DNA of 64,000 nucleotides from Octopus vulgaris (taxonomy: Eukaryota): assembly GCA_951406725.2 (NCBI GenBank), contig OX597821.1:54746001-54810000 (forward strand), in the 5' to 3' direction. This document shows, piece by piece, positions 13,021-25,799 of the stretch. Each line of letters begins with the position of its first letter. Position 1 is the first letter of the stretch. A program made the position numbers and the translations under genes. The notes beneath the pieces were generated by a model. The model saw only the letters and a program-made list of their open reading frames with translations. It made no database searches and had not been told where the DNA came from.

Positions 13021-13299
13021 AAAGGTTTTTGTGTGTTTCTTAAATGGCTTATAAACACCTTCCACACTGCAATCATTAAAATTATTCTCTTTACTAGGAT
13101 CATTCAGATGAGTATCACAATGTTGAGCTGTGTTATCAGTTTGACCTACTACTTAGAGTTAATCTATTACACAGTATGACATACCTTTAGAAACACAATG
13201 ATGGACTGTAACACAGTGTGCCATTTTGCCTGCAGAATTATTATGTTGTGTTGTGACATGTTGCTTACAGTATCACTATGCTGAAGTAGAGGTGCAGTA

Positions 13300-13440
13300 A
13301 GGGGGTGTAGTAAAAGGCTTGCTTCCCAACCACATGGCTTCCAGTTCAGTCCCACAGCACAGTAACTTCTACTATAGCACCAGTCTGATCAAAGCCTTGT
13401 GGATTTGGTAGATGCAAACTGAAGGAAGTTCATCGTGTGT
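13300..13440 (+). mobile_element. SINE family B head, degenerate
   Basis: cttgcttcccaaccacatgg..ttcagtccca..ctactatagc..aaagccttgtggatttggtagatg. Confidence 0.7.
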
Positions 13441-13509
13441 ATGTGTGTGTGTGTATGTGTGTGTGTGTGTGTATGCATTAATCAATGTGTACTGTATTAT
13501 ATACCAATT

Positions 13510-13720
13510 AATAAAAAGATTGGAGAAAAAAGACAAGAAAAAAGCAACAATGCAGGAGGGATGTGGTACATGCAAAATATAAATAAGGTGCTCAGAGTAG
13601 GAAAAAAGAGTGGTTGTTTTATATTTTGAGCAAAGCTCTTCTTCAGAAAGCGAAGACATAGGAAAGTCCAATGGAAAAGGAAGAAGGCAGGAAAAAATTG
13701 CCAACAGTCCACATGTAGTT
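13510..13720 (-). mobile_element. Short non-coding element with hammerhead-like motif at 13617-13649
   Basis: Minus strand TTT-CTGAAGA-A-GAGC-TTT-GCTC-AAAA-TA-TA-AAA. Layout parallels the elements at 33095 and 42620. Confidence 0.55.
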
Positions 13721-13773
<53 letters not shown>

Positions 13774-13809
13774 CAAATATGTGTGTATGCATACATATAT
13801 ATATATGTA

Positions 13810-14345
13810 TGTAACTGTGGCCATGCTGGAGCACCGCCTTTAGTTGAGCAAATCGACCCCAGCACTTATTCTTTGTAAGCCGAGTACTTATCCTATTGGT
13901 CTATTTTGCCAAAATGCTAAGTTACGGGAATGTAAACACACCAGCATCGATTGTCAAGCGATGTTAGGGGGAACCCCACAGACACAAAAGAAACACATAC
14001 ACACACATATATATATACATATATACAACGGGCTTCTTTCAGTTTCCATCTACCAAATCCACTCACAAGGCTTTGGTTGGCCCGAGGCTATATATGTATG
14101 TATGTGTGTGTGTATGTATGTATGTATGTGTGAATTTGTATGTTCGTGTTTGTCTCCAACCACTGCTTGACAACTGGTGTTTGTTTATTTATGTCCCCTT
14201 AACTTGGCAATTCAGTGAAAAGCAATGATAAGAATAAATACCAGGTTTAAAAGAGTAAGTACTGGTGTCAGTTCTTTCAACTAAACATTTCAAGCTCATG
14301 CCCAAGCATGGCTGCAGTCTGAAACAAGTAAAAGCTAAAAGATAT
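13810..14345. mobile_element. Two SINE family B fragments in opposite orientation
   Basis: 13810-14090 is a reverse copy; 14130-14345 is a forward 3' half ending ctgaaacaagtaaaag. Confidence 0.75.
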
Positions 14346-15129
14346 AACACAGTGTGCTATTACTTCTAGTATCACAATTCTTAGCCGTAACACTGTGTGA
14401 CATATTACCTACAGTGTCACAATGTTGGATTGGAACACATAGAGTGACACTTCATCTACAATATCGAAATGTTGAGCTGCAACACATAGTGATATGTAGT
14501 ATATTCTATCACAATATTGGACTGTAATTAATTCACTATGTGATTCATTACATACAACATAAGTAAACTTAACCACTCAGCACAGGATTATGAAGGTATT
14601 GAAGTGTTCTGTCTACTGTCAACCTTCAAAATGTCATGATGCTAATGGTTATCATTCTTGATGATAACAATAGTGGTGGTGATTGCGATGAAAATGGTGG
14701 TATTAATGATGATGGTGATCATAATAGTACTGATGATAATGCTAACAATGTTGATGACGAGATGTAAGATGGTGATAAAGAGGGCAGGAATGAGATGAGG
14801 ATCATTATCATTACTATTGTTAAAATTATCATCGCAACAATGATGATGTACAACAATGTTCAAATCATCATCATGATCACCATCATCACTGTCACCACCA
14901 TATTATCATCATTGTCACTTCATCATTATCAGTAGTAGCAGGAGGAGCTTACTAAGGATTCTTTTTCATTACGTTAATAATCATCATAATTCTATTCACA
15001 CTAACTACCATGCTAATAAACACCACCACACTCAGCATGATCGCATTCAAGTTTATAGTGGAGGTGGTGGAGAAGGCATGTGGTATGTTAATGATAATAA
15101 TTGCTGCCGTCATTATCATTAGTGATAAT

Positions 15130-15330
15130 GTGAGCTGGCAGTCTCACTAGAGTGTCAGAAAAATTGCTTTGCAGTATCTGTTTTGGTTCTTTACATTCTG
15201 AGTTCAAATTCCAACAAGGTAAACTTTGCCTTTCAACCTTTCAAGACCAATAAAATAAAGTACCTGTCTAGGATTGGAGTCAATGGTATTGACTAACTCC
15301 TCACCTCAACACTTCTGGCCTTGTACCTGA
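15130..15330 (+). mobile_element. SINE family C
   Basis: gagctggcag...ttctgagttcaaattcc...tttgcctttcaacctttc...ggccttgt. Confidence 0.75.
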
Positions 15331-15759
15331 ATAATATTTCCACCACCAGTACCAACAATGATGATAACAGGTTGTTCTTGAAGCCAAAAAGGGGCATCTA
15401 CATTGTGATTAACTTGCTAGAAATAGCAACCACATAGCTCTGAAATTACATTATATCATGTTAAAAACCAGGACTCATTGGTTAAACGCAGATAAAGCAA
15501 TGTTAGAACTTATTTATGGTTATTGACCATGTTAAAAATAGAAATGAAATCTACCTGAAATTATTTCCAAACATGCTAAAAAGAAAAGCAACACATTGGA
15601 TAACGTCCAAGATGTCTAATGGCAGACAGAACTGAGTGGCCAGTTAGATCACACATACATATGTGGTCAAAGCATGCTGAGGGAAGTTGCTCAGCACAAA
15701 TTAACCTTGAAATCTGCTGTGTATGCACACAAAGTTTCAATGTTCTAGCTCACTTCTGT

Positions 15760-16260
15760 TGTTTAAAGCAGTGCTTGGAAGGAAGGTGTGTTACATGTGA
15801 TCATCGCATCGACCATGTTGAGCAGAGAATCTGCATCAAATTTTGCGAAAAACTTGGCAATACTTGCTCAGAGGCCTATGCAAAGTTTTCAAAGTTTTCA
15901 TCATTCTCGACACTATCAAGAAGACTTTGTGCAACTGAAACCTGATTGTCTTTTTGGTCAGCTGTAAGTAGTTTTGGCACAAACTTGCCAGACATACCTC
16001 TCATACTTAATCTTCAGTGATAATGGACTGAACTGAACCGTAACTAATCTGAACCTCCTTTGATAATTCCCGGATGCTGACTTGACGATTTCCCATCATA
16101 GCTGCATGCACATCTGTGATGTATTCTCAGTTCTGTTGGTTGTGGGTCTCCTAGAACGTTCATGAATATCGACATTTTTCTGGCCATCTTGGAAACGTCT
16201 GAACCACTCATACACTCCTCTCCATACACTTTCTGCAACTTTGCCTATGTCTCTGAGGAG
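15760..16260. mobile_element. Mariner relic with internal inversion
   Basis: Plus strand EQRICIKFCEKLGNTCSEAYAK up to ~15890; the continuation QKVYGEECMS lies on the minus strand from ~16240. Confidence 0.7.
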
Positions 16261-16976
16261 GTATCGCTAATTACAACTTTCTCTGTCAAGGTCATTGCTT
16301 GAGGCTATAATTGAAAACATTTGCTCAAGGTACCATGCAGTGGGGCTGAACTCAGAATCATGTTTTTGAGAAGCAAACTTCCTACAACACCACCATGCCT
16401 GTGCCTGTATGTATATAAATGTGTAGTGCCATAGGAATACAAGGAATCATTTCTCTACTTTTTTCCAGTAGGAGAAACAAACTTCCTACACTATCTCAAA
16501 TAAATGCAACTTAAAAATTGTCTAATGTAATGAATTTTTCAATTTTCACATATAAATGAAAACCAAGAAAGACTCATTATGTGTTCTAGTACTTTTTACT
16601 TTAGCTGACATATTAAGGTATACGATAGCTTATGAACTTATAAGCATTGTGATTTTTGTAGTGTTATCTCATAATTTTTACTATTGCTATTCTATATTCA
16701 GACAGTGACATTTCAGTACGATGCTCTTTGACTTTTTAACAATAGTTTCAATTCAAGTGTTGACCAGGGACATAAATATAAGTGTATAATTATTGAATGC
16801 AGAATGCATTTACATTTCTGTCTCTCTCACCCTCTCACTCCCACTCCCCCTCTCTCTCTGTCTCTGTCTCTCTCTCACACACACACACAAATGTAAGTTT
16901 AATTTTTAAATGGTGAATGCTGAGTGAAAACAAAAATGACATGAAATTGAAAAGAGGAATGTTTTCATGGAAAATA

Positions 16977-17730
16977 TGAGGTGATATCAAAATTTTCCCA
17001 GACTAGTTCTGTAGCACACCAACAAATGGAAGCAAATGGTTGAATGGACAGTGACAGCTAGCAGTGACCTTCATGAGACCGTGTGCCAAGTGACATCACC
17101 GTGTTTACTTGGCAAATTGTGAAATTTATGTTTTTGTACTCATGTGTATGCTGTAGTCTGTGATTTTGTCTTGGACAGAAACAAAGAGCCAACATGAAAT
17201 TTTGCGTTAAACTTAGGAAGACTGCTATAGAGACATTGAGCATACTTCGGCAAGCTTACACTGATGAAAGAATGAGTTGTACGCAATGTTTTGAGTGGCA
17301 CAGGTACTTCAAAAGCAAAAGAATGTACCCGGAAGACGATAAGCAATCTGAAAGACCAGCCACAAACATCACCCCTGGAAATGTGGTATTGTGCATCAAG
17401 ACCATCAATTGACAGTTCTGTTGAAATGTTCTAAAGCGTTTGAGGGAGGACATTTGGCGAGAGGGACCAGATCTGTGGATTCTTCACTGATCTCTCCTGA
17501 CTCACGAGTTTTTCACCAAAAGTAACATAGAATTGCTGCCACACCTGCCCCCCATTAGCCAGACTTAGCACCTACAGACTACCATCTCATTCTCAAAAGT
17601 AGCAGGATTGTTGGAACTTGTGTATTGCTGTGCAAGGTGACTATTTTGAAGGTGATGATGTTAAAACTCTGATAAATAACTTATTTTTTATTAAACATAA
17701 CTAGTCCAGGAACATTTTGATACCACCCAG
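16977..17730 (+). mobile_element. Internally deleted mariner element with TIRs and TA TSD
   Basis: ta|tgaggtgatatcaaaattttcccagactagtt ... aactagtccaggaacattttgataccacccag|ta. Peptides QRANMKFCVKLRKTAIETL..QAY..CFEWHRYFK and LPHLP..PDLAPTDY. Confidence 0.85.
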
Positions 17731-18189
17731 TATATCTATTGCTATAAAAGAGAGAGAGAGAGTGTGTATGTGTGTGTGTGTGTGTGTTCCTTATGCATTC
17801 CAAAACCGAGTTGCCGATTTTGATGTAAGGGTTATCACAAGTTTCAGTAACGTTCATTTTCAAGTACTACCAACATTAAAATTTGGCTGATTTAACACCA
17901 CGCATTTTTGCTTGCAGATTCCTTTTCTACGCCTTTTTTTTTTACACCTGTTACACTATTCTTTTTCCGATTTCATTTCAAGGGTAATAATGTCAATATT
18001 AACCCTAACTTTTAGCTAAATTGGTGACTTACCGTTTTTTATAGCATAATTATGCTACAGAAAATATGTTTTGCACATAAAATTCGTATTTGCTTGAACT
18101 TCGTGTGCATACGATTTGCTGTTTTCAGTATTATCAATTCTATAAGTCTGTGTGTGTTTCTGCGTTCATTGCATCTATAGAAAACAACA

Positions 18190-18490
18190 TTTTACGCTGT
18201 TTTAATGAGCCCACATCCAATGAAGTAGCCATTCTTATGGTTGGTGATCCCATTGAAAATCATGATATTCTCATTCGTGTTCAAGGTAACAACTTTAAGC
18301 GTGTTTCACATACTCATCACTCTTATGATGCTCTCCAGGATAATTTTATTCTGTGAAATGGACAAGACTGGTATTATTTAAATATTCCTCAGATTGATCC
18401 TGCAATAGGATAGCCAATTACAAACAAAAGGGTGTCGTCAAATGACTTCTGTTCTTACCAACTGATGTTAAGATCAGAACAATCAAATCA
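18190..18490 (+). mobile_element. Helitron RepHel fragment
   Basis: RCFNEPTSNEVAILMVGD..DI...KRVSHTHHSYDALQ..GQDWY..KRVSSNDFCSYQLMLR resembles the conserved Helitron RFNxPTxNEVA / HRSYDALQYP / FYSYRLM region. Confidence 0.8.
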
Positions 18491-18705
18491 AACTATAGGC
18501 ACAAGACCTGAAATTTGCGGGGAGGGGACCAGTCGACTGGTATTATTTAAATATTCCTCAGATTGATCCTGCAATAGGATAGCCAATTACAAACAAAAGG
18601 GTGTCGTCAAATGACTTCTGTTCTTACCAACTGATGTTAAGATCAGAACAATCAAATCAAACTATAGGCACAAGACCTGAAATTTGCGGGGAGGGGACCA
18701 GTCGA
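18366..18705 (+). repeat. Perfect 169-bp tandem duplication
   Basis: 18366-18534 equals 18535-18703, with 2-bp GA microhomology at the junction. Confidence 0.95.
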
Positions 18706-18862
18706 TTACATTGACCCCAATGTCTCAGTGGTACTTAATTTATCGATCCCGAAAGGATAAAAGGCATAGTTGATCCCGGCGGCATTTGAACTCAGAACAT
18801 AAAGGCGAGATACTGCTCAAACATTTTGCTCGGCATTCTAATGTTTCTGCCAGCTCGCCGCC
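18660..18862 (-). mobile_element. SINE family C
   Basis: Reverse complement ggcgagctggcagaaac...gagttcaaatg...gataaattaagtacca...tcttgtgcctatagt. Confidence 0.88.
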
Positions 18863-19411
18863 TTCCAGAACAATCATATCACTTACACATGTCAAATAAA
18901 CTTTATTTTCATCTACATGTTTTCTACGTTATCTCAATAGTTATAGTTATTTCAAATACACTTCTCTACAACGACCAGGATTCGTTACAAGATGAAAATA
19001 GTTTCACACTTTCAATTTAAACCAAAATTACAAAGTGTTGCATTACGAAGGGTGACGATGTGTGAATAATGAAAATAATGTTTCACCGAATTAGTCACAT
19101 GTGTATTATAATAAAGAAAGCTGCTTATTATCTATCTACTAAATAAAATATGTCTTTGACTCAACAACTCATTTTTACAACTAAAATAACCTTGGTAACA
19201 AGGCTGGGTCGCACAATTTTGAGGTCATTTTCGGACAATATTTTGATTTGCTTCTAATGTATCGCTTTCGTTCGATGTTTGACACGTGCGTAGAATTCTA
19301 CTCAGACAAACATGTATAAAAATGTAGACGTAAATATTGTATTGAAATAAGCCACAACCGAAAAATTGCATTAAAAGACATCCATTTTCTATAGGTTATG
19401 AGGAAATACAG

Positions 19412-19454
<43 letters not shown>

Positions 19455-19481
19455 CTCTCTCTCTCTCTCTCTTTCTCTCTT

Positions 19482-19512
<31 letters not shown>

Positions 19513-21441
19513 CACGTACAAAAAAGATGTATGCATATGTATTTATGGGCGAAGGTCAAGAATATGCACTCTCGGTGTCTAGGGTTAGGGTTTCACCGAA
19601 AACAGATCGTGTGCATATTCTTTACCTCCACCTATGTATGTAGTGTATATGAAGGATAATGTGTGTGTGTGTGTGAAAGAGAGAGAAAGTGCGAGTGAGT
19701 GCCACTTGCACATACATGCAAAAATATTTTTATACATCATAACACTCACTTACTCTCTCTTTCTCTCTCAAGCACATCCATTTCATATACATGTACATCT
19801 TACATTTTCTCCTCTCTTTTAATTTTATTCTCTCACTTCAAAGCAAATGTCACCTTTTCAATTCATCTTCTCTTTCAATTTCTGCTCTCTTCAAAGCATA
19901 CAGAAATTAAAACAATTTTACGGAAATTAACAAACAATCATATAATCTCATATGTATCGAGTTGACAACTTTGCTTCTTCAAATGAAAGAATGCCATAAA
20001 ATAACTTCCTGTGACACACACACATGCATACAAACACTCTAGGTAAAACTTCTGTGCGAATTATGTTATTTCTTGGAGTGTGCACATGCAAATTTACAGC
20101 TAAAACCCAATTGAAACGATCTTTTTCTATTGTGTAATTTGTGTTTGTTATGAGCGTGTATAAAGACCTGATCTTCGATATAAACTTAGGAAGTTTTCCC
20201 AAAAATTCTGTCCTTTACCTCTTCTTTCTAACATGTCTGAGGTGACATTTCCATTCATCCCACTTCGTTTTTTCCTAAATTTCTTCTGATTCCTATGTTT
20301 GCGATATAGGAGATTTGGATTTCACTCACAAAGCACGTCCTCAATATTTTAATTTTCTCCCTCTCCATACCAAATTCCTTTTTTATTTTTTTCAAATTTT
20401 TTGTTCTTGGTAATCCATGGAGAAAAAACAGAGAGTAGGAATCTTTAAGAATTTTACCCATCACCTCACCACTTTCAAAAAGCTACACACTCCTAATGTT
20501 TCCCTTTTAGCTTTTTGCAAAGCGGAGAATTTTCATCAGAAATATATGTTGTTTACCTTTTTGTTTCTAGCAGATTCGTAATCTCTGTACTTTTTCTACG
20601 TAAATAAAAAACAAAAAATTGGAAAAGTTACAAATTAAGAAATTACGGTAGGGATAGAGCGAAACTAAAATTTTGAAAGCGAATTTCTGGGAAAAAAATC
20701 ATATAAATCCCCTTTTATGTGATGAAACAATACATAATTTCTGATCCTTCTTAAGAACAGAAAGCACTTTCATGCAAACTCATGCAAATTGTACCCTCAT
20801 CCTTCACTATTAAACAAACAATACCTTCCATTATTCCATTAACTATATATCAGCTGTGCCAATTCTGCCTACAAGAAAGGAGCAAATAATGCAATGTGCT
20901 TGTAGGTCATAACACCCGGGCAATGTCGGGATGCGTTGGTAGTATCATATAAAACAGACATCAAGTTTTCCATGCTTGCATGGGTTGGATGGAGGTTTTT
21001 GAGGCACGTTCTCTGCAGATGGATGCCCTTCCTCTCACCAATGCTAAAGCTGTTTCCAAGCAAGGTAACATTTCCCTATGACCAAACTTGTTTTTGTAGC
21101 ATGATACTGTTTATATGACAGTGACAATCATTTAGAACTATCATACAATGTCATGTCAAGGAGACACCCCTCCCCCACCACACATATATGAAATGGGCTT
21201 CTTTCAGTTTCCATCCACCATATCCACTCACAAGGCTTTGGTCAGCCCAGTGCTAAACTAGGAGACACTTATCTAAGGAACTATGCAGTGGAACTGAACC
21301 CAGAATCATGTGACTAAGAAACAAACTTCTTACCGCAGATCCACAGAATTAAGATAGTTGGTAGAAGGTGTACATTTTCACAACAAAAATATTCTGGACT
21401 AGAATGACAAGTCAACATGAGCCATCAAGGAAGCTGTACAT

Positions 21442-24280
21442 CAGAGGTTTTAAACATGAGGCCCACAGACTGAATATATGTGGCCTGTGATCTGAGAAGG
21501 TTCAAGGACCACCATTGTTATCATAACTGATAATTTCCTGAAAATGTGACTTGTTTGTGTTGTGTTAACCAAATGTCTAGACTCAGCACCAAAACAGGAA
21601 ATTGCATGTTAAAGAATTTCAAAAGTAATTTCTTTTATATTAATAAAGGGTTTTGTCAATAAGAAAGATATGGAATTATATTAATGAGTTTTAACACTAC
21701 ATAATAAATAAATTGATTTTTTTAAAGAAATAATAAGCTATTTTATTTTAAATTTTCATGGAATATTTAACTTTTACGGATTCCATGGACAGCGAGGCTC
21801 AGCAATGGAGAAGTTCTTAAGCAGATAAGGCCCAAAATGTCACTAGAAGCTAGGATCACCAAGCATAGATTGGCATATTTCGGTCATATTATGCAGAGAA
21901 AATCCCTGGAGAAGGACATCATGCTCGGAATGGTCAGTGGCAAGAAAGGAAGAGACCAACCAAGAACCTGCTGGCTTGACACCATCAAGAGTGATACCGG
22001 AATGGACATAGCCAATCTGAAAGAAGCGGCCCAGGATAGAACTTACTGGAGGACTCTGATCTAACGAGTGACCGAGAGTCGACTTCGACTGAGCGGATAG
22101 AGAGAGAGATTTAACTTTAGAATAATATCAAATGGTATCCTATTAGAAGATTGCATTATGGTAACAATGCTTTGTTGACTGCTGAGAGCTTTGATATGGT
22201 TCATAAAATCAACTAGTCTATGACTTGATAGGTAGTACTTCCTATTTCATAATAAATATACTGATCAACAATTTTAAGTTATAATTGTAATATGACTATA
22301 ACCTTTAAAAATGTCAATGCTAAAAAAAGTGAGAATTGGGGATGAGAACCAATGTTTTCAAGAAAAGAGAAATAAAAAAGCAAAGTGCAATGTTTGATAT
22401 GTCTGCAGACTATTACAGAATGAAAAGAGTGTAACATTAAGAGACATTATGCAATAGCACAAAGGTAGCAGTATGAAGTTCACAATAAAAAAAATACAGA
22501 ATGTAGAAGTTGGGCATCTTAACATATTTTTCTACCTCAAATAAAATGAGTGAAAATGTGGTAAAAGCAAGATTTTTTTTCCGAGTGAAATTTTTGGAAA
22601 ATAGTCATATCCATTCACTGAAGGTAATTTTATTGAAGACTGTTTTTTTAAAGCCAATGAAATCCTCTGCCCTGAGAATAATAAACATCTTGAAAGTTTT
22701 AGCTTGTCATCAAATACTGTCCCTAAGTGCATCACTGCTTTAGCAAGCAATACACGTCAGCAATTGACTACTGCTGCTACAGATTTTGAAAAAAATTCCT
22801 ATCCACTTGATGAATGCAGAAATATTACAGATACTGTTTATTGTGTTTTTATTTAAGGAATTGACAAAAGCTGCAATGTTACTAAAGTATGACTAGATTT
22901 CTCACCAACAAAGAGAACAAAGACAAGAGGTGTGTTTAGTGAACAGGAAATATGGTCTGGATTGGATTGGATTGGATTGATAAAATTTCATGTCAGTGGC
23001 AACAGACAGTACATCTGCATTGTGTTCTGAATAGGAGGGCTTTGTTAACTTTCTTGAAGAGAGTAAACTTTGTTGTATCTATCTCTATTATTTGTTGTAT
23101 TCCACACCACAAGGCACTGTGAAGAGAAAGGATCCAGATGGAGAGTGTAGTGAATTTAGTTGTGAAAATTGGCTCTCAACCATAGCCAGTTGATTTCTTT
23201 TCTGTCCTAAATGGAGAGTGAAAATGAAGAGTTGTTGTACCATGTTGTTGCAAGGTGACTCAGTTGGAGAAATTGTATGAAAAGGACCTTTTACTTTAAA
23301 AGAAGAAATTAGCTTCTTCTTCATGGTAATGAAAGAAAACGATGTTCCTGAAATAAGTGCTCCTACTTTTAAATCTATCATCACATTCATTGCTGATCTG
23401 AGAGATCACTTAAACATTTAATGTTTTTCTCTTTTTGGGTGTAGAGAGAGTTATTATAGAAATGAATGACAATGTGAAATCTTTCAAATGTAAACTTTCT
23501 CTGTAACATAGCAACTTGCAGCCAGTGGCTTGGCTCACTTCACAACCTCCTCGTAATTAGACAAGGTTAATGCACAGAAATTGAAAGGATATGCAGATGT
23601 AATTTTAAAGCTGCATGTTGCTTGACTAGCATTTTCAAAACTTTAGCATTAAAAAAGATATGCTTTTTGCTACTCTACTGATCATAGGTGTTGATTCTAT
23701 TTACAAGAAATTTCAGATGGATTTTGGTGGGGCACTGTGTGATACTTTACTCAAGTAGAAGTATACAGAGGTTCATGTTCTAAATTCTTACAAGTTTTTT
23801 CTAAGTGACAGATTTCTTAAACCATTTACCTTATCTTGGTGAATTCTGGCCATGTTTGGAAGCACATATGTTTTTGATCAATGAAAATAAATAAATCTTC
23901 AATTTTTTGACAATGAAAATAAATAAATCTTCATTGCATTCAAGACTTAGAGAAGAACATTTGTAATCTCTATTATGAGCTGCAAATTTACGTGATTTGT
24001 AATCAAATACAGAATCTGTTGTTGCTGCAAAAATATTGCAAAAATATATCATCAACTTGAACTGACTGAAATCAAACCACTTATAAAGACAATAAAAAAT
24101 GCAAGTAAAACATGTTTGATTTATCATATTTGTTTACTTATCAGTTTCGCTTTATAGCTGTATAATACAACAGCTACTGAAAATTATAACACCTCATTCC
24201 CATACCACACCCTCATTTATGGCTTACTGTACCTTTTCTTCACAATATATTGGTCCTTTTCACTGAGTTTGAGACCCCTG
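21442..24280 (+). mobile_element. Full-length decayed Buster/SPIN-type hAT transposon (GTF2IRD2-like transposase relic)
   Basis: TIRs CAGAGGTTTTAAAC / GTTTGAGACCCCTG. TSD ctgTAcat / cttTAcat (nnnTAnnn). Zinc-finger remnant QCLICLQTI..ECNIKRHY (~22390), LDEC.NITDT (~22805), MFGSTY (~23852). Confidence 0.85.
21775..22110 (+). mobile_element. RTE (BovB-like) LINE 3' fragment inserted in the hAT
   Basis: RIPWTAR.SN.EVL...RLAYFGHIMQR..LEKDIMLG.V.GK.GR..PR..WLD.I...W, followed by a (GA)n tail. Confidence 0.88.
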
Positions 24281-24739
24281 CTTTACATGATTACTTTCCA
24301 TTATAGATCCTAGGTAAAATTGATAACCATACCTGTGTTTATAACTCTCAAGAAAGTCTTATATAATGCAGCTTCTATATAATCTTTAAAAAATCCAATA
24401 CTGCATTGAATCTTATTGTCATTTTAGCCTCATATTAGCATTGATTCTACAGACTTGTGATTTAGGACATTGCTTCAAATATAATGCATCTCTGCATAAT
24501 CTATGTTTGTATAATTATAATGTAATATATATAGTAGTGTGTATTATATGCAGTGTTCTCTTTCTAAACTGTAGTCAGCACCTAAAAGCAGTGGTTCAGC
24601 TAATACCTGGGGTCAGAGAGAGCTGAGAAGGAGCCCAGGAGTATATGACAGCTCATCTACCATAAGAATAAGCAAACAAAAGAAACCTCATGGCCCTTTC
24701 CATTGCTTTCTCTTACAAAGTTTCCAGTGGCTTATATTT

Positions 24740-25141
24740 TTATCTTTTGTCATTTTCATGTTTCAGTCATTAGTCTGCGGCCATGCTGGGGCACCATCTT
24801 GAAGAAGTTTTAGTCAAATGAATCGACCCTGGAACTTATATTTTTAAAGCCTGGTACTTATTATATCAGTCTCTTCTTCTGAACTGCTAAGTTATGGGGG
24901 ATGTAAACATACCAGCACCAGCTGTCAAGTGGTGGTTGGAGGATAAACACAGACACAAAGACACACAAACGTGTATATATACGATGGGATTTTTTCAGAT
25001 TTTGTCTACCAAATCCACTCAAAAAAGATTTTTGGTTGGCCTGAGGCCATAGTAGAAGACACTTGCCCAAAGTGCTATGCAGTGGGACTGAACCTGGAAC
25101 CATGTGGTCAGGCAGCAAGCTTTTTAACCACACAGCCATGT
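24740..25141 (-). mobile_element. SINE family B, full length
   Basis: Reverse complement has head, central part and tail of family B. Confidence 0.88.
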
Positions 25142-25450
25142 AAGATTAATAATACAATAATTCGTTCTAATTCACCACATCAAAGTCATTAACTATTGAA
25201 AAAATGGTAATTGTTGTTTAAATTCAAAGCTCATTTCAAACATATTTATGATAGATAAAGATTACAGGAATGAAAACATTGAAACTAAATAGATTTAATA
25301 GTAACTAACAGTAAATAGTGTATTTTGAAAATTTAAATTATATCAAGCAAAATGTAAGGCTTTATGGAAAGATATAGTTGATGACTTTAAAAGATGATAA
25401 TACTTGTTAATAATTGCTGAATCTATTGATATAAGTGCATGAAAATTAAT

Positions 25451-25790
25451 GTGCTTGGCTCAGTGGTTAGAGCATCGAGCTTACGATCATGAGGTTGTGA
25501 GCTCGAATCCCGGACCGGGCTGTGTGTTGTGTTCTTGAGCAAGGCACTTTATTTCACGTTGCTCCAGTTCACTCAGCAGTAGAAATGAGTTGCGACGTCA
25601 CTGGTGCCAAGCTGTATCGACCTTTGTCTTTCCCTTGGATAACACTGGTGGCGTTGAGAGGGGAGGCTGGTATGCATGCGCGACTGCTGGTCTTCCATAA
25701 AACAACCTTGCCTGGACTTGTGTCTAGGAGGGTAACTTTCTAGGTGCAATCCCATGGTCATTCATGACCGAAGGGGGTCTTTACCCCTTT
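25451..25790 (+). mobile_element. tRNA-derived SINE family E, full length
   Basis: A box TGGCTCAGTGG, B-box-like GCTCGAATCC, CORE-like tgtgttcttgagcaaggcactt, tail ggtctttacccctttt. CpG-rich, so probably young. Confidence 0.85.
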
Positions 25791-25799
25791 TATGTGAGA

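Larger units (their letters stand above)
12365..13073. mobile_element. Foldback element (~130-bp arms, 16-nt loop), right arm interrupted by a MITE; Penelope-like inverted pseudo-LTR candidate
   Basis: 12365-12495 is the reverse complement of 12512-12597 plus 13029-13073. Confidence 0.85.

Noticed and set aside
19130-20850. CpG-richer block starting TCTATCTACT, possibly a non-autonomous Helitron
   Set aside because: No clear 3' hairpin plus CTRR terminus was found.
25451-25520. tRNA-like sequence with A and B boxes
   Set aside because: No complete cloverleaf or acceptor stem, and it continues into a SINE body.
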